Source: Candidatus Thorarchaeota archaeon (GTDB lineage Archaea > Asgardarchaeota > Thorarchaeia > Thorarchaeales > Thorarchaeaceae). From it: 56,497 nt of DNA. The stretch is from contig JBHLRC010000003.1 of the NCBI GenBank assembly GCA_048882965.1, forward strand, positions 1-56,497. The letters run 5' to 3'. Position numbers and translations under genes: made by a program. How positions within the stretch are numbered: position 1 is the stretch's first letter; each line of letters begins with the position of its first letter. Under the pieces are notes generated by a model. That model ran no database searches and was not told the DNA's origin. It saw only the letters and a list, made by a program, of their open reading frames with translations. Below are positions 37,689-47,470 of the stretch, one piece after another.

Positions 37689-38354
37689 ATGGGTTTTCTG
37701 AGTGGTAAGAAAAAAGTTGACGCAGAACGCGGAATCCTTGAAATGAAGGGTACAATGAATGCATTGACCTTAAGGGTTCGTAGACTTGAAACTAGGATGC
37801 TCGAGGAACAAAAGGCTGCAAGAGAAGCTATGTCAAAAGATAATCGTTCTCTAGCCCGTTCTCATCTTAGTATCGTAGTTGATCTTGAAAATCGAAGAAG
37901 TCGTTACCAACAGCAGTTTCTTACACTTGAAACTGCTCTACTGAACTTGGAGGAGGCAAAGACACAAGCAGAAGTTCTCCGCGCTTTCACCATCGCGAAT
38001 GATGCACTTACTGAAGCCCGTTCAATGCTGAAACCAGAAGAAATCCAAACTCAATTGGATAAGCTTTCGGAATCGTTTGAACACATATCCATAGCTGGAG
38101 AGCTCCTCTCTGAGGATTTATCCGGTGCTGATTCGACTATCGAAGATGAGGAACGGATTGACCGCCAGTTAGAGGCAATGGAGGCTGAAGTATTACTGGA
38201 GAAAGAGGGAGTGCTGCCTCCACTTGAAACAGAAGGAAAAACTCCTGCGAAAACCACCGAAGAAAAAACATCTGACGAGAAGCGAATTGATGAACTACTC
38301 GCAGACTTAGAGAAAGAAGCACGTGAAGAAAGAGCCAAGGAACGAGAAAGTTAG
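37689..38354 (+). CDS. Snf7-family ESCRT-III protein
   Basis: Short N-terminal MGFLSGKKK, basic helical hairpin, LETALLNLEEAK...VLRAF...ANDAL, acidic C-half, terminal IDELLADLEKE helix. Confidence 0.85.
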   Translation: MGFLSGKKKVDAERGILEMKGTMNALTLRVRRLETRMLEEQKAAREAMSKDNRSLARSHLSIVVDLENRRSRYQQQFLTLETALLNLEEAKTQAEVLRAFTIANDALTEARSMLKPEEIQTQLDKLSESFEHISIAGELLSEDLSGADSTIEDEERIDRQLEAMEAEVLLEKEGVLPPLETEGKTPAKTTEEKTSDEKRIDELLADLEKEAREERAKERES

Positions 38355-38387
38355 AACTGAATTCTCACAAGAAACTTGCAGGTGTAG

Positions 38388-39038
38388 TTGAGATTGGACA
38401 TAAAGCTAGTTGTGTTTGATGTAGATGGGACTCTCACAAATCATAGTAGTGTATGGTGGAGGTTACACGAACATTTCGGAACAACTAAAGAGGGTAAACA
38501 ATACTACAACCAGTACTTCTCCAATGAGATAACATATGACCAATGGGCTGATCTTGATGCCGGACTTTGGAAAGGAAAGTCTGTTAACGAAGTCATGAAG
38601 GTTGTCAAAGCCACCCAACTGACTCGTGGTTCTGAAGAAACGATTCAGACTCTCCGGAAACACGGCCTAAAGACCGCAATTCTCTCTGGTGGATTAGACA
38701 TCATGGCTGATGAAATTGCTCAAAAGGTTGGTATTGATTTTGTGCTCACAAATAGACTTCATCATAAAAACGGCTTACTCACAGGTAGAGTTGACAATTT
38801 AGTCGCGTGGGGCGGTAAAGCTGACCAGATACATCAGGTCAACAATCATTTTGGAATTCCACTTGAAAATACTGCCTTCGTGGGCGATGGCCGAAATGAT
38901 GTGAGTGTGTTTAAAGTTGTGGCTCTTTCTATTGCCTACAATCCTGAAGATATGGATGTAGCTAATGCAGCTGACGTTGTCATCCGAGAGGACGACCTCA
39001 GAACGATTTTACCTCACATCATACAGGGGTTCCAGTAA
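38388..39038 (+). CDS. Phosphoserine phosphatase-like HAD (subfamily IB)
   Basis: FDVDGTL, LSGG, K, VGDGRND motifs. Confidence 0.85.
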   Translation: MRLDIKLVVFDVDGTLTNHSSVWWRLHEHFGTTKEGKQYYNQYFSNEITYDQWADLDAGLWKGKSVNEVMKVVKATQLTRGSEETIQTLRKHGLKTAILSGGLDIMADEIAQKVGIDFVLTNRLHHKNGLLTGRVDNLVAWGGKADQIHQVNNHFGIPLENTAFVGDGRNDVSVFKVVALSIAYNPEDMDVANAADVVIREDDLRTILPHIIQGFQ

Positions 39039-40176
39039 TTAGGAGTACGAAGACATACGCCTGTAGAAGAATAATCATTGCTCCTTCAAAGAAGTCCAGC
39101 TTATGGTCATCTGCTATCGCTCGTTTCAAAAACCAAAGACTGCCTGCAATCACCATAATCTGAAACAGCACATATCTGTCGAGTGGGATTGGTACGAATA
39201 TACCTATACCTCCCATGACCAATAAAACAATCTGTAAAATCCCTCCGATTAGATTCCCTACAGCCAGTCCAACCTTTCCCTTTCTTGCAGCAATGACAGC
39301 AATGCCATGTTCAGGGAGCGCACCAGCAGCGCCAAGAATCAATGCTGCAATGGCAACCTGATTGCCAATAAGCCCTATGACGGCGCTATAGTCATGGAGA
39401 AGCATCTCAACTGAATGTGTAAGAATTTCACCAGCAAAGAAGATACCAATAAATCCAATTACTCCGAGGATTGCTGCTGTTCTCTTAGAATGGCTTGCCT
39501 TGGTAACGGGTTTTTTTGCATTGTTGACGACATCTCCCGTGGTCAAAGCTCCAGCATAAATGAGATATGAGAGGAAAAGAACAAAGGATGCAGCCGCAGG
39601 AAATCTAGGGTCCACCGGAGCATTAGTTGACGCCATGTCCATTACTCCTAGGGCAAACATGCATAGGAGCGCCACAAATGTCCATCTGATTAAGACCGCG
39701 TCTTTCTTTATGGCCTCCTCTGGAACATCCATGTCTTCATTCCCCCGTGTGGAAATGATGATTGTGACTCCAAGAAGCAACATATTGAATCCAGCAGCTA
39801 TGAGGATTGATAGCACAGCGATATCCAACAAGTCTTGATTGCCAGTCATCCAACCGTCGAAAGCTGCAATTCCACTGATCACTGCTTCTGGCATGTTGCT
39901 CGCTAGACTAGAAAGCATTCCTGCTATATATGCAGTATACCCAAGGTGACCTGCTGCGCTTTCCATTCCCTCTACCGCCCATTCAGAGGGTCTAAATGCA
40001 AGCCAGGTACCTCCAATGATGCCAAGAATGATTACTAATGTTGGCTCAATTCCTGTAAGTCTTATGAAGAAATAGAAGATCAGTAATCCAATGAAGAATG
40101 CAAGTTCTTTTTTTCCAGCTACCAGCGAGTCGCGTACACTGTGGTACTGCTCTTGCTTGTCTGTGGACTGCTCTAT
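39019..40176 (-). CDS. Ca2+/cation antiporter (CaCA family); probable ATA start at 40176
   Basis: Alpha-repeats ASNMPEA and AGALPEH, GNLIGG. The frame is open 70 codons upstream of ATG 39966, encodes TM helices, and has GGGGGA before ATA. Confidence 0.85.
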   Translation of the reverse strand: MEQSTDKQEQYHSVRDSLVAGKKELAFFIGLLIFYFFIRLTGIEPTLVIILGIIGGTWLAFRPSEWAVEGMESAAGHLGYTAYIAGMLSSLASNMPEAVISGIAAFDGWMTGNQDLLDIAVLSILIAAGFNMLLLGVTIIISTRGNEDMDVPEEAIKKDAVLIRWTFVALLCMFALGVMDMASTNAPVDPRFPAAASFVLFLSYLIYAGALTTGDVVNNAKKPVTKASHSKRTAAILGVIGFIGIFFAGEILTHSVEMLLHDYSAVIGLIGNQVAIAALILGAAGALPEHGIAVIAARKGKVGLAVGNLIGGILQIVLLVMGGIGIFVPIPLDRYVLFQIMVIAGSLWFLKRAIADDHKLDFFEGAMIILLQAYVFVLLITGTPV

Positions 40177-40258
40177 TTGTGCTTCCCCCGTTGGTTATCT
40201 AATTGCTTTTAATTAATCTCAGCCTTACTATTAATAGTGGTGATGTTCTACGCACCAA

Positions 40259-41464
40259 TCACTTCAAATTAGTGTATCTGGCACCACTACCAGTATTAAG
40301 CAAAACAACATCCTCATCATAGTCAATCTTACCAGATTCGATCAGATTTCGCAGACCGCAGATACCCACTGCTGCTTCTGGACAGATGTCCAATCCCTCT
40401 AGTTTTGCTGCAGTCTTTCGTGTGAGTTCAATCTCTTGTTCTGCAACGGCAACTGCACCACCACCTGAATTTCTAATAGCTTGAAGAATCAGTCTCCCAG
40501 CAAACGGATTTGGAACCCTGAGGCCTAGAGCTTCTGTTTCTCCATTCACCCAAGGTTCGATATTACCAGTTCCCTTCTCAATCGCTCGAACGATTGGTGC
40601 ACAACCTCCACTCTGCGCGGCATACATTCTCGGACGCTCTGGTCCAATCAATCCAATGGATTCCAACTCATCGAAGGCTTTCCAGATACCAATAATGGCT
40701 GTTCCTCCGCCAGTTGGACAAATTATAGCATCTGGAGTTGACCACCCCATTTGCTCGCATATTTCAAAGCCCAGCGTTTTCTTACCTTCCACCCGATATG
40801 GTTCTTTGGTTGTGGAGAGATCAGTCCATTCCCTATTCTGTTCTTTCATGACTTTTCCTGCTTCAGAAATAGTTCCCTTAACACGAGTTGTTTCTGCTCC
40901 GAATAATTCACATTGATAGAAGAAAGGCTCTGGAGTATCATCCGGCATGAAGATGTATGCTTTAAGTCCAGCAGCTGCTGCGTAAGCACTGGTAGAGACA
41001 GCGGCATTTCCAGCCGATGGTAGCGCAAATGCTATGGCTCCTAATTCAAAGTGTCTAGAAACTGCGGCACTGAGGCCTCTGTCTTTGAAACTTGTGTTGG
41101 GGTTTTGTGATTCGTCCTTAATACGGAGCATTCGGAGACCAAGATGTTTCCCAAGACGCCTTGAAAGAAGCAGTGGTGTCCAGCCTTCTCCTAGGCTGAC
41201 TACACATGTGGGTGATTTCACAGGGAGTAATTGAGAGTATCTCCACATGGAATTCAAGTTTGAAGGGAATTCATTTTTAGTTACAGCTTCTCTCACACCA
41301 ACTAGGTCATAAACAGCAAAGAGGGGTGATCCACAGATGCAGAAGGTAGCTGCACTATCTGGTGAGAATTTCTTTCTACATTGTGGACATTCCAGGTGTG
41401 AGATGTGTGATATCAAAATACTCACGATATTACATGAACACTTAGCCTTATTTGTACCTGTCAC
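40259..41464 (-). CDS. thrC: Threonine synthase-like PLP enzyme with N-terminal Zn ribbon (true start probably ~13-16 codons into the ORF)
   Basis: LECPQC, SLGEGWTPL, SFKDRG (PLP Lys), SAGNA, PTGGG, NTGSG. Confidence 0.9.
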   Translation of the reverse strand: MTGTNKAKCSCNIVSILISHISHLECPQCRKKFSPDSAATFCICGSPLFAVYDLVGVREAVTKNEFPSNLNSMWRYSQLLPVKSPTCVVSLGEGWTPLLLSRRLGKHLGLRMLRIKDESQNPNTSFKDRGLSAAVSRHFELGAIAFALPSAGNAAVSTSAYAAAAGLKAYIFMPDDTPEPFFYQCELFGAETTRVKGTISEAGKVMKEQNREWTDLSTTKEPYRVEGKKTLGFEICEQMGWSTPDAIICPTGGGTAIIGIWKAFDELESIGLIGPERPRMYAAQSGGCAPIVRAIEKGTGNIEPWVNGETEALGLRVPNPFAGRLILQAIRNSGGGAVAVAEQEIELTRKTAAKLEGLDICPEAAVGICGLRNLIESGKIDYDEDVVLLNTGSGARYTNLK

Positions 41465-41500
41465 TCTAGTTTCGCGGAAGTATAGTATGTCGGGATATCT

Positions 41501-42697
41501 ATGGGCGAGCTAAAAAGGACGACTTTACCATTCACTTCATTGGTTGGAATTGAAAAACTAAAGCTAGCCCTGATTTTAAATGGTATAAATCCACAGATTG
41601 GAGGAGTTCTGATATCCGGACCGAAGGGTACTGGAAAAACAACTGTTGTCCGGGCTCTAGCAGATTTATTGCCTGAGGTGGATGTAGTTGTTGGATGCAG
41701 ATTTGGCTGTAATCCCCACAATCATGATTTTCTATGCGCTGATTGTAGAAGTATTGTCGAATCTGGGAAGAAACTGAAATCTGAAAAACGAAAGATGAGA
41801 GTTGTGAATCTACCACTCTCAACAACTGAAGATAGGCTAATTGGCGCACTTGATATTGAGCGTGTTCTGAAAGATGGAATTCAAGCATTGCGACCAGGAA
41901 TTCTCGCAGAAGCTCATCAGAATGTTTTGTATGTTGATGAAGTTAATCTTCTTCCAGACCATCTTGTTGATGATTTACTTGATGCCGCAGCAACCAAAAT
42001 CAACGTCATTGAACGTGAGGGAATCTCAGTATCTCACCCGTCTGATTTTGTACTCATTGGAACTATGAATCCTGAGGAAGGTGAACTGAGACCGCAACTC
42101 TTGGATAGATTTCCACTTCATGTTGCAGTTGGAACCCATCATTCAATTGAGGATAGAATGCAACTGGTCCGGAGGAATCTCTCTTTTGAGGAGGATCCAG
42201 ATAAGTTCAGAGAAAGTTGGGCACCACAGCAATCTGAACTCCGAGAACGTATTATACAAGCAAAGGATCTTCTTGATGATATAGTGCTTCCCGATGAAAA
42301 ACTTAGAGCCATTGCGATGGCATGTGATGCTCTAGAAGTCGATGGAGTCCGACCAGACATCATAATCAGCAAAGCCGCAATTACAAATGCTGCACTTGAG
42401 GGTCGGAAACAGGTCACACTCGAAGACATGAAACTTGCTTCACAACTTGTTCTTAGTCACAGAACTCGTCGTGGGGGTCTCTTGGAACCACCTGCACCTG
42501 ATGATATTGATCAAGCGATAACAAAAGCCGCAGAGGTGGCACAGAAAACCGAACGTCGTAAGTCTCCAACTGAGATTCCAGAGGACGAGGAAGATGACAA
42601 AAAAGGTCCTCGAGTGAGTGGAGGAAGGTTTGGTAGAGGGTCCAAATTTGCAGCTGGAGGAAAACAGGAAGGCAAAAAAAAACTCCGGAAGGAGTGA
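41501..42697 (+). CDS. ChlI/BchI-like chelatase AAA+ ATPase
   Basis: [53 protein letters not shown]. Confidence 0.95.
   Translation: MGELKRTTLPFTSLVGIEKLKLALILNGINPQIGGVLISGPKGTGKTTVVRALADLLPEVDVVVGCRFGCNPHNHDFLCADCRSIVESGKKLKSEKRKMRVVNLPLSTTEDRLIGALDIERVLKDGIQALRPGILAEAHQNVLYVDEVNLLPDHLVDDLLDAAATKINVIEREGISVSHPSDFVLIGTMNPEEGELRPQLLDRFPLHVAVGTHHSIEDRMQLVRRNLSFEEDPDKFRESWAPQQSELRERIIQAKDLLDDIVLPDEKLRAIAMACDALEVDGVRPDIIISKAAITNAALEGRKQVTLEDMKLASQLVLSHRTRRGGLLEPPAPDDIDQAITKAAEVAQKTERRKSPTEIPEDEEDDKKGPRVSGGRFGRGSKFAAGGKQEGKKKLRKE
42674..42695 (+). other. A9 slippery run plus ACTCC-GGAA-GGAGT mini-hairpin; candidate -1 frameshift site
   Basis: Nine consecutive A (42674-42682); the -1 frame has no stop between this run and the vWA ORF. 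Confidence 0.55.
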
Positions 42698-44172
42698 GAA
42701 ATCCTCGTGGTGATCCCATCAAAGGGACTATCTGTGCAATCATGATGGTAATTGGTTTCATCTGGTTTGCTTGGATTTATGTTAGTCCAATCAATTGGTT
42801 ATTTGGTACAGAAATCTTACAGTTTCCTACAATCCCGGCTCTGATTATTGATACAATCGTTATTGCACCTGTGATCTACCTCCTTGTGCGAAAATGGCTT
42901 GATGTCATGACACGTAGAAAGAGTGGGCCCGCTGCAGGTATTGACACGGTTGAACCTGGTGGAGGACGACCTGAGCCTGGTGATGAGTGGGGGCTCGCTA
43001 CACGTCCTTATACCCCTCAAACTCCTGAGATGATTTCTGGGTCTAAATCTGATATTAGAGAGGCACCGTTCGGACTAGATGATGGATTTTTTGTCAAGAT
43101 GCCTGACATTGATGCTGGTGAAGCATTATTTGACTTAGAAAAGCTCCACAAGAGAGCGATGATTCGTGCACGAGTTTCATCAGGTGGATGGATTAAGAAG
43201 CGGGTGAGCTCCAGATCGATGGGATCTTTACAATCATCAGATACGATGAAGCATGGTAGACCTGTTCGCTCCAGAATACCCTCCGGTGAAATTGGGAGCA
43301 TTCATATTCCGTCCACAATAATGGCTGCGATTGCACGAACCGGGCGGACTGATGGTACTCCAATCAAGATAATACCCGAGGATATCAGAGAGAGTGTTTT
43401 TACTGGCAGAACACCACTCACAATCATACTTGTAATTGATGTGAGTTTATCAATGAAGGGAAGCATGGAGCAGGTTCGAGAATTTCTTGAAAGACTAGAG
43501 AGTGAAACTCGTGGATCTAAAGATCGAACTGGAATCGTTGCATTCAAAGACAGTGGCGCTGTAGAAATTCAAGCTCCAACAACTAATTGGAACAAGATAT
43601 ATCGTGCATTAGGCCGACTCAGAATCTCAGGATTGACCCCTCTTGCAGAAGCTGTGAAGAAGTCACTTGAAACTATAAAGAGGGAACGAATGCGAAATGA
43701 CGACATTGAACCACTTCTTATTCTTATTTCTGACTTTTCTCCAAACATTCCGCTTGCTCAATCTGTTGGACCCGGTCATTACAGATACACTCCGGTTCAG
43801 GATTTAGTAAAGACAGCTAGACTAGTTCGAAAAGCGAAAGTAAGACTAGCTGCTGTAAATGTGGACCCTGAGCAATCTAAATGGTCCAAATTTCTCAAAA
43901 GGCCATACCATGAAGCACTCGAGCTTGCTGCTATGTTGAGAATGAAGAAAGAAGGTTTACACGATCCAATCGAAACAATCCTCAAAGTGGAAGAGTTTCG
44001 AAAGACTTTCGGAGCATATCTTATAGCTCGTGCTGCAAGTGGGCGAGCGTATCTCTCTCGTGAATTGATGAAGGAGCCCTCCATTCTTGGCAAATTACTT
44101 AGTTCAAGTTTATCGCGCAGTCGCCTTCGAGAAGAAGACCTCCGTCAAGTCGAAGTCTATCTCCCTCAATAA
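42694..44172 (+). CDS. ChlD-C-terminal-like vWA protein with N-terminal transmembrane hairpin
   Basis: Two hydrophobic segments, then [11 protein letters not shown]...EDIRE, MIDAS DVSLSM, GLTPLA, ILISD. GTGA overlap with the upstream stop. Confidence 0.9.
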   Translation: MRNPRGDPIKGTICAIMMVIGFIWFAWIYVSPINWLFGTEILQFPTIPALIIDTIVIAPVIYLLVRKWLDVMTRRKSGPAAGIDTVEPGGGRPEPGDEWGLATRPYTPQTPEMISGSKSDIREAPFGLDDGFFVKMPDIDAGEALFDLEKLHKRAMIRARVSSGGWIKKRVSSRSMGSLQSSDTMKHGRPVRSRIPSGEIGSIHIPSTIMAAIARTGRTDGTPIKIIPEDIRESVFTGRTPLTIILVIDVSLSMKGSMEQVREFLERLESETRGSKDRTGIVAFKDSGAVEIQAPTTNWNKIYRALGRLRISGLTPLAEAVKKSLETIKRERMRNDDIEPLLILISDFSPNIPLAQSVGPGHYRYTPVQDLVKTARLVRKAKVRLAAVNVDPEQSKWSKFLKRPYHEALELAAMLRMKKEGLHDPIETILKVEEFRKTFGAYLIARAASGRAYLSRELMKEPSILGKLLSSSLSRSRLREEDLRQVEVYLPQ

Positions 44173-44356
44173 GTTTGTAAACCTATGCCCCTCTCGATTA
44201 TGTTATTAGTATGCACTCATTTTCTGACACGCGCACTTGTTCCGATAAATGCCTCATGTCATAGTGAGCGAGGAGAGCCCAGTAATGGGTACAATGAATC
44301 GTCTTTTCATGCATCAGGCACAGGATCAGTGCGCACCTACCGAGGTGGTTATCGGG

Positions 44357-45364
44357 ATGCTACCAGGAAAAGTTCCACCAGAGATCCTTCAGAAAATTGT
44401 ATTTGAAAAGTTAGGTGTTAAAGATCCTGATGTACTACTAGGTCCAAAACTTGGAGAGGACGCAGCTGTTATTCGAATCGGTGATAAGGTCATTATTGCT
44501 GCAACAGATCCTGTCACAGGTTCAGTATCTGATATTGGTTGGCTTGCTGTCCATGTGAACGCTAATGACATTGCTACTTTTGGAGTTCAACCAAGATGGT
44601 TCCTAGTATCAATTATTCTCCCAATCAAATTCAAACCCGCCCAATTACAGCAGATTGTACAACAGATAGATGAGGCATGTCAAAACTTGGGAATTGCAGT
44701 CACTGGTGGTCATTCCGAAGTGACAGAGGGCATCAATCGTCCAATTGTTACAGGTTTCATGATGGGTATCGCTGAAGATGGAGCTTACGTTACATCGTCA
44801 GGGGCAAAACCCGGTGATTCGATAGTAGTAACAAAGTCTGTTGCTATTGAAGGTACTGCGATTCTAGCTACTGAAGGAGAACAGAATCTTGCAAAGAAAA
44901 TACATACCAAAACAATCCAGCATGCAAAAAACCTGAGAACTCAAATCAGTGTTGTGAATGATGGACTGATAGCATTTGGAACTGGTCACGTGACAGCGAT
45001 GCATGATCCCACAGAAGGTGGATTAGCAGGTGGACTACACGAGATTTGTGATGCAAGTAATGCTGGTTTTGAAATATATAGTGATGCAATTCCAATAGAT
45101 GATTCAACTTCTGTAATTTGTAATGAATTAGAGATTAATCCGTTGGAATTGATTAGTAGTGGCTGTATGATAATCTGTTGTGATACTGAAAACGTTAACG
45201 AGGTTGTAAGTACTCTCCAGTTAAAAGGCGTTACAGCCACAATAATTGGTGAGATCGTAGACAACCCAGAAAGAAGAATTATGATAAATGATTCCGATAG
45301 CACTCATCTAAATCGTCCTAGTACTGACGCACTATGGGATGCTTTGCGAAAAATTACATCATGA
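44357..45364 (+). CDS. AIR synthase-related protein (HypE/ThiL/PurM superfamily)
   Basis: GEDAA, TDPVTG, NANDIA, GGHSEV, MHDPTEGG, LISSG; ATG 44357 after GAGGTGG. Confidence 0.9.
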   Translation: MLPGKVPPEILQKIVFEKLGVKDPDVLLGPKLGEDAAVIRIGDKVIIAATDPVTGSVSDIGWLAVHVNANDIATFGVQPRWFLVSIILPIKFKPAQLQQIVQQIDEACQNLGIAVTGGHSEVTEGINRPIVTGFMMGIAEDGAYVTSSGAKPGDSIVVTKSVAIEGTAILATEGEQNLAKKIHTKTIQHAKNLRTQISVVNDGLIAFGTGHVTAMHDPTEGGLAGGLHEICDASNAGFEIYSDAIPIDDSTSVICNELEINPLELISSGCMIICCDTENVNEVVSTLQLKGVTATIIGEIVDNPERRIMINDSDSTHLNRPSTDALWDALRKITS

Positions 45365-46130
45365 ATTCCTCAAGTTTTTTGAGATGCTCATCAGTTATCC
45401 AATCCAAAATGACTGGTGAAATTGAGATATTTCTGTTAACAAACACCTCATATGCATCTGATTTGGGTGCTGGCTCTCTCTCTACTCCAAGATACCAATA
45501 GTATGGACGTCCATTCGGATCTGTTCTTCTCTCGACCTCATTGTGCATTCTAATCTTTGTTGGTTTTGTAACGACGACCTGAGACTCATCCTTCAGATCA
45601 GAGGGAAAGTTTAGATTAAGTAGATCAATCCCATCTGGCAATCCCTTCTCAAGGATCTTTAAGATTAGGTCTTTTGTAATCTCACACATCTTTTCACACT
45701 CAGAATCTGATCCTGCGGAATCAAACCACTCACTGGGTATCGCTTGACGTGAAGCTGCTATTGCTGGTAAGCCCATGATTGCTGCCTCGAATGCTGCGCC
45801 TACTGTTCCACTTGTCAGCATACTTTGATAACCAACATTTGCTCCTGAGTTTATTCCTGAAACTACGAGGTCTATATCATGGTAGAATGCTTGAGCAAGT
45901 ATTACAGAATCTGCTGGCGCTCCATCATGAGATACAAACTGAAATCCATTCTTATTATGCTGTTCTGTGATTCTGATAGGTCTCTTCAGCGTCAATGACT
46001 TTCCTGTTGCGCTTCTTTGTCCGTCAGGTACAACTACTACAAGTTCTACTGAATCACTTAGATATTCTGCTAGCTTTAACATCCCGTCACTTCGGGGACC
46101 ATCGTCGTTTGTGAGACAGACCTTATGCAT
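45354..46130 (-). CDS. surE: 5'/3'-nucleotidase SurE
   Basis: TNDDG, GAPADSV, SGINSGAN, SGTVGAA, DPNGRPYYW. Confidence 0.95.
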   Translation of the reverse strand: MHKVCLTNDDGPRSDGMLKLAEYLSDSVELVVVVPDGQRSATGKSLTLKRPIRITEQHNKNGFQFVSHDGAPADSVILAQAFYHDIDLVVSGINSGANVGYQSMLTSGTVGAAFEAAIMGLPAIAASRQAIPSEWFDSAGSDSECEKMCEITKDLILKILEKGLPDGIDLLNLNFPSDLKDESQVVVTKPTKIRMHNEVERRTDPNGRPYYWYLGVEREPAPKSDAYEVFVNRNISISPVILDWITDEHLKKLEEFMM

Positions 46131-46210
46131 TTGGCACTACACCTCAGAATAACAATATGTGACCTTGTCACTACTTGATAAGAATGACGTTTTGGGGGAA
46201 GAAAAAAGGT

Positions 46211-46238
46211 TGTGGAAGCACTTAATTCCGTGCTCCCA
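46211..46238 (-). terminator. Hairpin plus U-tract after the histone gene
   Basis: GTGGAAGCAC / GTGCTCCCAC (one mismatch) followed on the minus strand by CCTTTTTTCTT. Confidence 0.5.
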
Positions 46239-46260
46239 CTCCCGGCATCATCAGACTCGA

Positions 46261-46431
46261 TTACAGGTCATAAGACTTCAGTGTCTTACGCTTGTTATTG
46301 CCTGTTCGCTTGGCAGCATGGTCAAGAAGTGTTTCTACTTTCCTGTCTAATGCATCGTAGAAGTCTCCACTAACTTGGACATTCTTCTTCTTAGCATAGT
46401 CTTGTACTGCCTTTTTTACAATGAAAGTCAT
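46261..46431 (-). CDS. Short archaeal histone-fold protein (56 aa; face-to-face/DUF1931-like class); missing from the ORF track
   Basis: MTFIVKKAVQDYAKKKNVQVSGDFYDALDRKVETLLDHAAKRTGNNKRKTLKSYDL*: VS..FYDAL helix 2 and terminal RKTL...DL; GGAGGAG SD. Confidence 0.9.
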   Translation of the reverse strand: MTFIVKKAVQDYAKKKNVQVSGDFYDALDRKVETLLDHAAKRTGNNKRKTLKSYDL

Positions 46432-46669
46432 TTTTTTTCATTACTCCTCCAAAAGGGTGCGTTAAAACAGGCTCTAGACCCTTATAAGGCTTAGCTTAGA
46501 GATGCCTTTTTTGGCGCTATTTCCTATATTTTAAGCCATTTTATACAATCTTGTTTAAAAGGGTCAATTTTGTTTAAACCTTCACTGCGAATCAGAGAAA
46601 TCCTACAAACACCTAAAAACCTCAATCGTACCCTTGAATTGGATACGACCATTGAGGTGAGTTTGACAT

Positions 46670-47464
46670 ATGAGATATGCCTATGGTGTCTTTCTCGGTG
46701 CAGTTCTTCCATTTGTAATATTTCTTGGTGCTGCAATTATCTTGATATTGGGGCTATCATGGGACGTCTTCACTTTGTGGTTCGTAGCTTCACTAGCTAT
46801 AGGGATTGTACCACCAATTCTTGCCTTCTTTGCGAAACGAGATACAGTTCGAGAATTTCTAATATTCGAGGCTGGTGGTTTTGGTCTATTCTCTCCACTA
46901 TGGATAGTTATCTTCGCAGATCTTACCGGGACTCCTTGGATTGTGTTGTTCAATGAAGGTGTTGTAGACTGCATCCCTACTCTTGGATTGGGTTCGTCAA
47001 TTCAGGGTATGATTATCAGTGGACCCATACTAACCATGATTTTTGCAGTTTGTCTATTAGTTGGAATCATTTTCCTAAGACCATCATTCATTGCGAGATA
47101 TGGGACACCAGGTGAGCCTGCAGAGCTTCGCGATTTGAAGAAATCCGCAGAACCTTCTAAGGAAAAAGTAGAAGAACCGCCTACCCTGACAGAGTCAGAT
47201 GAGGATCCAATTGAAAGCGAGATGCCTGAAGTAACTCCTCCAGAAGCAAATGTTGACACCATGGCAAATCTCCGGGAACTTTTGGTAGAACTTGGTACCC
47301 CTGAACCCACAATCAATCTCATCTTCAATGCTGGAATTGCTACAACCACCGACTTGGTTGCAACAAGTCCTGAGCAGCTAGCTCATCTTACAGGTATTGA
47401 CAAACGTACAGCCGAGGACTTACACATGGCTGTTCAGAAGAAGATGTGGTTTGGTGGAATCTAA
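46670..47464 (+). CDS. Membrane protein with C-terminal helix-hairpin-helix domain
   Basis: Four hydrophobic segments, acidic/Pro linker, then NAGIATTTDLVATSPEQLAHLTGIDKRTAEDL (RadA-N-type HhH). Confidence 0.8.
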   Translation: MRYAYGVFLGAVLPFVIFLGAAIILILGLSWDVFTLWFVASLAIGIVPPILAFFAKRDTVREFLIFEAGGFGLFSPLWIVIFADLTGTPWIVLFNEGVVDCIPTLGLGSSIQGMIISGPILTMIFAVCLLVGIIFLRPSFIARYGTPGEPAELRDLKKSAEPSKEKVEEPPTLTESDEDPIESEMPEVTPPEANVDTMANLRELLVELGTPEPTINLIFNAGIATTTDLVATSPEQLAHLTGIDKRTAEDLHMAVQKKMWFGGI

Positions 47465-47470
47465 ATCAAT

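Noticed and set aside
41501-44172. Evidence for (bacterio)chlorophyll synthesis
   Set aside because: ChlI/ChlD-like AAA+/vWA pairs are widespread in non-phototrophs, and no chlH or other tetrapyrrole genes are in the window.
44357-45364. Selenophosphate synthetase SelD or true HypE
   Set aside because: Superfamily motifs only. It lacks the N-terminal Cys/Sec-x-x-Lys of SelD and the C-terminal PRIC of HypE.
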